From the NCBI GenBank assembly GCA_024679065.1, contig JAGIQG010000040.1, positions 6,944,001-7,008,000 of the forward strand: a DNA stretch of 64,000 nt, read 5' to 3'. Shown here piece by piece: positions 63,430 through 64,000 of this stretch. The position numbers and the translations under genes were made by a program. The notes under the pieces are model-generated. The model saw nothing but the letters and a program-made list of their open reading frames with translations. It was not told where the DNA came from and searched no databases. Within the stretch, counting starts at the first letter, position 1; the number at the start of each line of letters is the position of its first letter. The stretch is from Sphyrna mokarran. Lineage: Eukaryota.

Positions 63430-63734
63430 AAACTGAAAAAATTATACATTACAGCATTTGGGGTCACCTAGCGACCAAATACTGCTGGGTCATCGATAAA
63501 GGAATACAGAGTTATGATATTCAATACAGATCATGTCTGCTTCTCTTTCGTTTGTATTTACAAACCTGAGATTTGAATGTCTTGGTAAGCTCAGCAAATT
63601 ATTATCTAGCTATCACAGTGAGATTTTATTTTCAACTTGTGAGCAAACACAGATTGTTTTGATTAAATTAAAGTTTTATTTAGTGTTAGGCTTACATCAA
63701 CACTAAACATCAATTTAGTGTGAAAATCTTTTAT

Positions 63735-63965
63735 TCTCCCTATTCTGGATCCGGTACACTGAGCGAGGACTTTGCATGCCAATCCACCTAGTCTGCATAT
63801 TTTTGGACTGTGCGAGGAAATCGGAGAGGGGTATTGGCGAGTTGGGGGTGTGGGTACGGGTGGGGGAGAGAGGATTTGCAGTCTCCACACAGACCGTGAG
63901 GCAAGCTGGGATTCCAACCCAGGTCCTTGGAGGTGTGAGGCAGCAGTGGTAATCACGGTGGCGCC
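63735..63965 (-). mobile_element. SINE fragment (HE1/V-SINE-like)
   Basis: tRNA-like head and core on the minus strand. Confidence 0.7.
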
Positions 63966-64000
63966 TTACCGATCTTGTTAGGTAAGGATTTGTGGTTTTT

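Overview
Repeat-rich vertebrate (shark) genomic DNA containing one complete, unrearranged, apparently functional immunoglobulin new antigen receptor (IgNAR, heavy-chain-only antibody) gene cluster on the + strand. The order is promoter (octamer + TATA), leader exon, V, four D segments, J, an 8-kb J-C intron, C1-C5 with secretory tailpiece, then TM1 and TM2 (about 18.4-52.2 kb). All exons are open and phase-compatible, and all RSSs obey the 12/23 rule. Two features stand out. (1) There are FOUR D segments instead of the three established for nurse shark IgNAR. The extra D comes from a visible ~450-bp tandem duplication that also left a fossil V 3' end and a dead V-RSS. (2) The germline V has two CDR1 cysteines (C29-P-L-C32), matched by Cys codons in two different D segments. 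The rest of the window is CR1-clade LINEs (including a very young near-identical subfamily), tRNA-derived HE1/V-SINE-like SINEs, Penelope-like elements, a Rex/Babar fragment and microsatellites. The species cannot be determined from the sequence. From memory, the V framework resembles carcharhiniform/horn-shark-type VNARs more than nurse shark (low confidence). Repeat boundaries are approximate; exon and RSS coordinates were counted by hand.
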